DNA of 64,000 nt from Eledone cirrhosa (taxonomy: Eukaryota): assembly GCA_964016885.1 (NCBI GenBank), contig OZ024744.1, positions 4,650,001 through 4,714,000 on the forward strand. Reading direction: 5' to 3'. The position numbers and the translations under genes were made by a program. The notes under the pieces were generated by a model. The model worked only from the letters and a program-made list of their open reading frames with translations, made no database searches and was not told where the DNA came from. Numbering within the stretch: position 1 is the first letter of the stretch; every line of letters starts with the position of its first letter. Below are positions 57,401 through 64,000 of the stretch, one piece after another.

Positions 57401-60400
57401 CACAATACTAGATTCTATCACACCACATTACAATATACCACAGCACATTACAATATACCATATCACACTACATTATACCACACCAAACTATTATATACCA
57501 TATCACACTACACTACACTATACCGCACTAGGATACAATATACTACACAGAACTACGCTATACCACACCACACTACACTTTATCACACGCCACTACAATA
57601 TACTACACCACACTACAATTTACCACATCACACTACAATATAACACACCACATTACAATATATCCCACCACACTACAATATACCACTACACACTACACTA
57701 TATCAAACTACACTAGAGTATACCACACCACACTAAAATATATCACACCACACTACACTATATCACACCACACTACAGTATATCACTACCATATACCACA
57801 CATCATTACAATATACCACACCAAACTACAATATACCAAACCACACTACAATATATCAAACCACACTACAATATATCACATCACACTAGAGTATACTACA
57901 CCGCACTACAATATACCACACCACACTAGACTATACCACACCACACTACAGTATATCCCCCCACATTGTACCATACCACACTACAATATGTCACACCACA
58001 CTACACTATACAACACCACACTACAATATATCTGACCACACTACAATATATAACACCACACTACACTATATCATAACAAACTACAATATACCACATCACA
58101 CTACAATATACCACATCACACTACAATATACCACACCACACAACACTATATCACACTACTACATATCACACCACACTACAGTATATCACAACACACTACA
58201 ATATATAACACCACACTACAGTATATCACACCACACTACACTATACCACACCACATTACCATATACCACACATCACTACAGTATGCCACACCACACTACA
58301 ATATATCACACCACACTACAATATACAACACCACACTACACTATATCACACGACACTACAATATATCACACGACACTACAATATATCACACCACACTACT
58401 ATATACCACATCACACTACAATGTACCACACCACAATACAATATCCCACAGCACACTACTCTAGACTACAATATATCACATCACACTACAACATACCACA
58501 CCGCATTACAGTATACCACACCACACCACACTACAATATATCACACCACACTACAATATATCACACCACACTTTAATATATCTCACCACACTACAATATA
58601 CCACATCACACTACACTAAACCATACCACACTACATTATAGCACACCACACTACTATATACCACATCACACTGCACTATATCACACCAAGCTTCAATATA
58701 CTACACAACACTACGCTATACCACACCACACTACAATATACTACACCACACTACTATATATCACATCACACTACAATATACCAAACCACGCTACAATATA
58801 CTACAAAACACTACGCTAAACCACACCACACTACACTTTATCACACCCCACTACAATATACTACACCACACTACAATATACCACACCTCACTACACTTTA
58901 TCACACCCCACTACAATATACTACACCACACTACAATATACCACACCACATTACAATATAAAACACCACATTACTATATATACCACCACACTACAATATA
59001 CCACCCCACACTAACCTATATCAAACTACACTACAGTATGCCACACCACACTACAATACATCACATCACACTACAATATATCACATCACACTAGAGTATA
59101 CTACACCGCACTACAATATACCACACCACACTAGACTATACCACACCACACTACAGTATATCCCCCCACACTATACCATACCACACTACACTATATCAGA
59201 ACACACTGCGATATACCACATCACACTACAATATACCACATCACACTACGATATACCACACCACACAACACTATATCACAATACTAGATATCACACCACA
59301 CTACATTATATCACACCACACTACAATATATAACACCACACTACAGTATATCACACCACACTACACTATACCACACCACACTACCATATACCACACATCA
59401 CTACAATATGCCACACCACACTACAATATAACACACCACACTACATTATATCACACTGCACTATGTTACACTACACTACACTGTATCACAACACATTACA
59501 ATATACCGCACCACACTAAACTATATTACACTACACTATACCACACCACAGTACAATATATCACACCACACTACAATATACAGCACCACACTACACTATA
59601 TCACACGTCACTACAATATATCACACGACACTACGATATATCACACCACAATACAATATACCACAGGATACTACTCCAGACTACAATATATCACATCACA
59701 CTACAATATACCACACTGCATTACAGTATACCACACCACACCACACCACACTACAATATATCACACCACACTATAATATATCTCACCACACTACAATATA
59801 CCACGCTGCAGTATATCACACCACACTACACTATATCACAACGTACTACAATATATCACATCACACACCACTATATCACATCACACTACAGTATATCACA
59901 CCACACTACACGCTATCACACCAAACTAATATATACCACACCACACTAGAATATATCACATCAAACTACAATATATCACACCGCACTACATTATAACACA
60001 CCACACTACAATATATCACACAATACTACACTCTAACACACCCCATTACAATATACCACACCACACTACAATATACCACATCACACTACACTAAACCATA
60101 CCACACTACATTATACCACACCACACTACTATATACCACATCACACTACACTATATCATACCACGCTTCAATATACTACACAACACTACGCTATACCACA
60201 CCACACTACAATATACTACACCACACTACTATATATCACATCATACTACAATATACCACACCACGCTACAATATACTACACAACACTACGCTAAACCACA
60301 CCACACTACACTTCATCACACCCCACTACAATATACTACACCACACTACAATATACCACACCACACTACAATATAAAACACCACATTACTATATATACCA

Positions 60401-63400
60401 CCACGCTACAATATACTACCCCACACTAACCTATATCAAACTACACTACAGTATGCCACACCACACTACAATATATCACATCACACTACAATATATCACA
60501 CCACACTACAATATATCTCACTACGCTACAATATATCACACCACACTACACTATATTACACCACACTACAGTATACCACACCACACTACACTATATCACA
60601 TCACACTACCATATACCATACCTCACTACAATATGCCACACCACACTACAATATACCACACCACACTACAATATATCTCAACCACACTTCAATATATCAC
60701 ACGACACTACTGTATACTACACCGTACTACCATATACCACACCACACTAGACTATACCACACCACACTGCACTATCTCCCACCACACTATCTCCCACCAC
60801 ACTATACCGCACCACACTACAATATATCACACCACACTACAATATATCCCACCACGCTACAATATATCACACTGCACAACAATATATAACACCACACTAC
60901 ACTATATCACACCACACTACACTACACTATATCACATCACACTACCATATGCCACACCTCACTACAATATACCACACTACAATATATAACACCACACTGC
61001 AGTATATCACACCACACTACACTTTACCACACCACACGACAGTATATCATACCGCACTACACTATATTTCAATACACTACACTATATCACAACACACTAC
61101 AATATACCACACCACACTAAACTATATTACACTAGACTATACCACACCACAGTACAATATATCACATCACACTACACTATATATCACTACAGTATACCAC
61201 ACCACACTACAATATACCGCACAATACTAGATTCTATCACACCACATTACAATATACCACAGCACATTACAATATACCATATCACACTACATTATACCAC
61301 ACCAAACTATTATATACCATATCACACTACACTACACTATACCGCACTAGGATACAATATACTACACAGAACTACGCTATACCACACCACACTACACTTT
61401 ATCACACGCCACTACAATATACTACACCACACTACAATTTACCACACCACACTACAATATAACACACCACATTACAATATATCCCACCACACTACAATAT
61501 ACCACTACACACTACACTATATCAAACTACACTAGAGTATACCACACCACACTAAAATATATCACACCACACTACACTATATCACACCACACTACAGTAT
61601 ATCACTACCATATACCACACATCATTACAATATACCACACCAAACTACAATATACCAAACCACACTACAATATATCAAACCACACTACAATATATCACAT
61701 CACACTAGAGTATACTACACCGCACTACAATATACCACACCACACTAGACTATACCACACCACACTACAGTATATCCCCCCACATTGTACCATACCACAC
61801 TACAATATGTCACACCACACTACACTATACAACACCACACTACAATATATCTGACCACACTACAATATATAACACCACACTACACTATATCATAACAAAC
61901 TACAATATACCACATCACACTACAATATACCACATCACACTACAATATACCACACCACACAACACTATATCACACTACTACATATCACACCACACTACAG
62001 TATATCACAACACACTACAATATATAACACCACACTACAGTATATCACACCACACTACACTATACCACACCACATTACCATATACCACACATCACTACAG
62101 TATGCCACACCACACTACAATATATCACACCACACTACAATATACAACACCACACTACACTATATCACACGACACTACAATATATCACACGACACTACAA
62201 TATATCACACCACACTACTATATACCACATCACACTACAATGTACCACACCACAATACAATATCCCACAGCACACTACTCTAGACTACAATATATCACAT
62301 CACACTACAACATACCACACCGCATTACAGTATACCACACCACACCACACCACACTACAATATATCACACCACACTACAATATATCACACCACACTTTAA
62401 TATATCTCACCACACTACAATATACCACATCACACTACACTAAACCATACCACACTACATTATAGCACACCACACTACTATATACCACATCACACTACAC
62501 TATATCACACCAAGCTTCAATATACTACACAACACTACGCTATACCACACCACACTACAATATACTACACCACACTACTATATATCACATCACACTACAA
62601 TATACCAAACCACGCTACAATATACTACAAAACACTACGCTAAACCACACCACACTACACTTTATCACACCCCACTACAATATACTACACCACACTACAA
62701 TATACCACACCTCACTACACTTTATCACACCCCACTACAATATACTACACCACACTACAATATACCACACCACATTACAATATAAAACAGCACATTACTA
62801 TATATACCACCACACTACAATATACCACCCCACACTAACCTATATCAAACTACACTACAGTATGCCACACCACACTACAATACATCACATCACACTACAA
62901 TATATCACATCACACTAGAGTATACTACACCGCACTACAATATACCACACCACACTAGACTATACCACACCACACTACAGTATATCCCCCCACACTATAC
63001 CATACCACACTACACTATATCAGAACACACTGCGATATACCACATCACACTACAATATACCACATCACACTACGATATACCACACCACACAACACTATAT
63101 CACAATACTAGATATCACACCACACTACATTATATCACACCACACTACAATATATAACACCACACTACAGTATATCACACCACACTACACTATACCACAC
63201 CACACTACACTATACCACACCACACTACCATATACCACACATCACTACAATATGCCACACCACACTACAATATAACACACCACACTACATTATATCACAC
63301 TGCACTATGTTACACTACACTACACTGTATCACAACACATTACAATATACCGCACCACACTAAACTATATTACACTACACTATACCACACCACAGTACAA

Positions 63401-64000
63401 TATATCACACCACACTACAATATACAGCACCACACTACACTATATCACACGTCACTACAATATATCACACGACACTACGATATATCACACCACAATACAA
63501 TATACCACAGGATACTACTCCAGACTACAATATATCACATCACACTACAATATACCACACTGCATTACAGTATACCACACCACACCACACCACACTACAA
63601 TATATCACACCACACTATAATATATCTCACCACACTACAATATACCACGCTGCAGTATATCACACCACACTACACTATATCACAACGTACTACAATATAT
63701 CACATCACACACCACTATATCACATCACACTACAGTATATCACACCACACTACACGCTATCACACCAAACTAATATATACCACACCACACTAGAATATAT
63801 CACATCAAACTACAATATATCACACCGCACTACATTATAACACACCACACTACAATATATCACACAATACTACACTCTAACACACCCCATTACAATATAC
63901 CACACCACACTACAATATACCACATCACACTACACTAAACCATACCACACTACATTATACCACACCACACTACTATATACCACATCACACTACACTATAT
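48456..64000. repeat. Same pentamer-based satellite, right block, running to the window end
   Basis: The satellite phrase resumes directly after the LINE tail (…ctacac | agcactacgctatacc). It contains kb-scale internal duplications. Confidence 0.97.

Noticed and set aside
34523-62443. His/Thr/Tyr-rich ORFs up to 493 aa
   Set aside because: These are translations of a G-poor satellite that rarely forms stop codons. All three frames give similar text and there are no splice signals.

Overview
Eukaryotic, repeat-dense animal DNA. It is most likely a coleoid cephalopod (Octopus-like), inferred from the tRNA-derived SINE at ~31.6 kb, the RTE 3' tail GGACGTTAAACGATGATGAT and dense (TA)n/(CA)n tracts. 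Almost all ORF-track entries are artefacts of satellites or microsatellites. The main hidden signal is a + strand host gene that the ORF track misses. It has at least nine tiny (48-78 nt), frame-symmetric phase 1-1 exons between 220 and 21651, each ending in a shared GTAAGTTATAATTTAAA-type donor and usually a related downstream intronic block, plus a likely terminal exon at 22534. The exon sequences are much more diverged than their flanking introns. The rest of the window contains: an 8.2 kb 96-bp satellite that arose inside the RT C-terminus of an RTE LINE; a 4.6 kb fold-back Penelope element with a 1-nt spacer; several Penelope remnants with minimal hammerhead ribozymes; small (TA)n-embedded hairpin elements; mariner, Helitron, R4/Dong and SINE remnants; and a ~29 kb pentamer-based satellite interrupted by a near full-length RTE LINE. 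All alignments were read by eye and all identity values are estimates.
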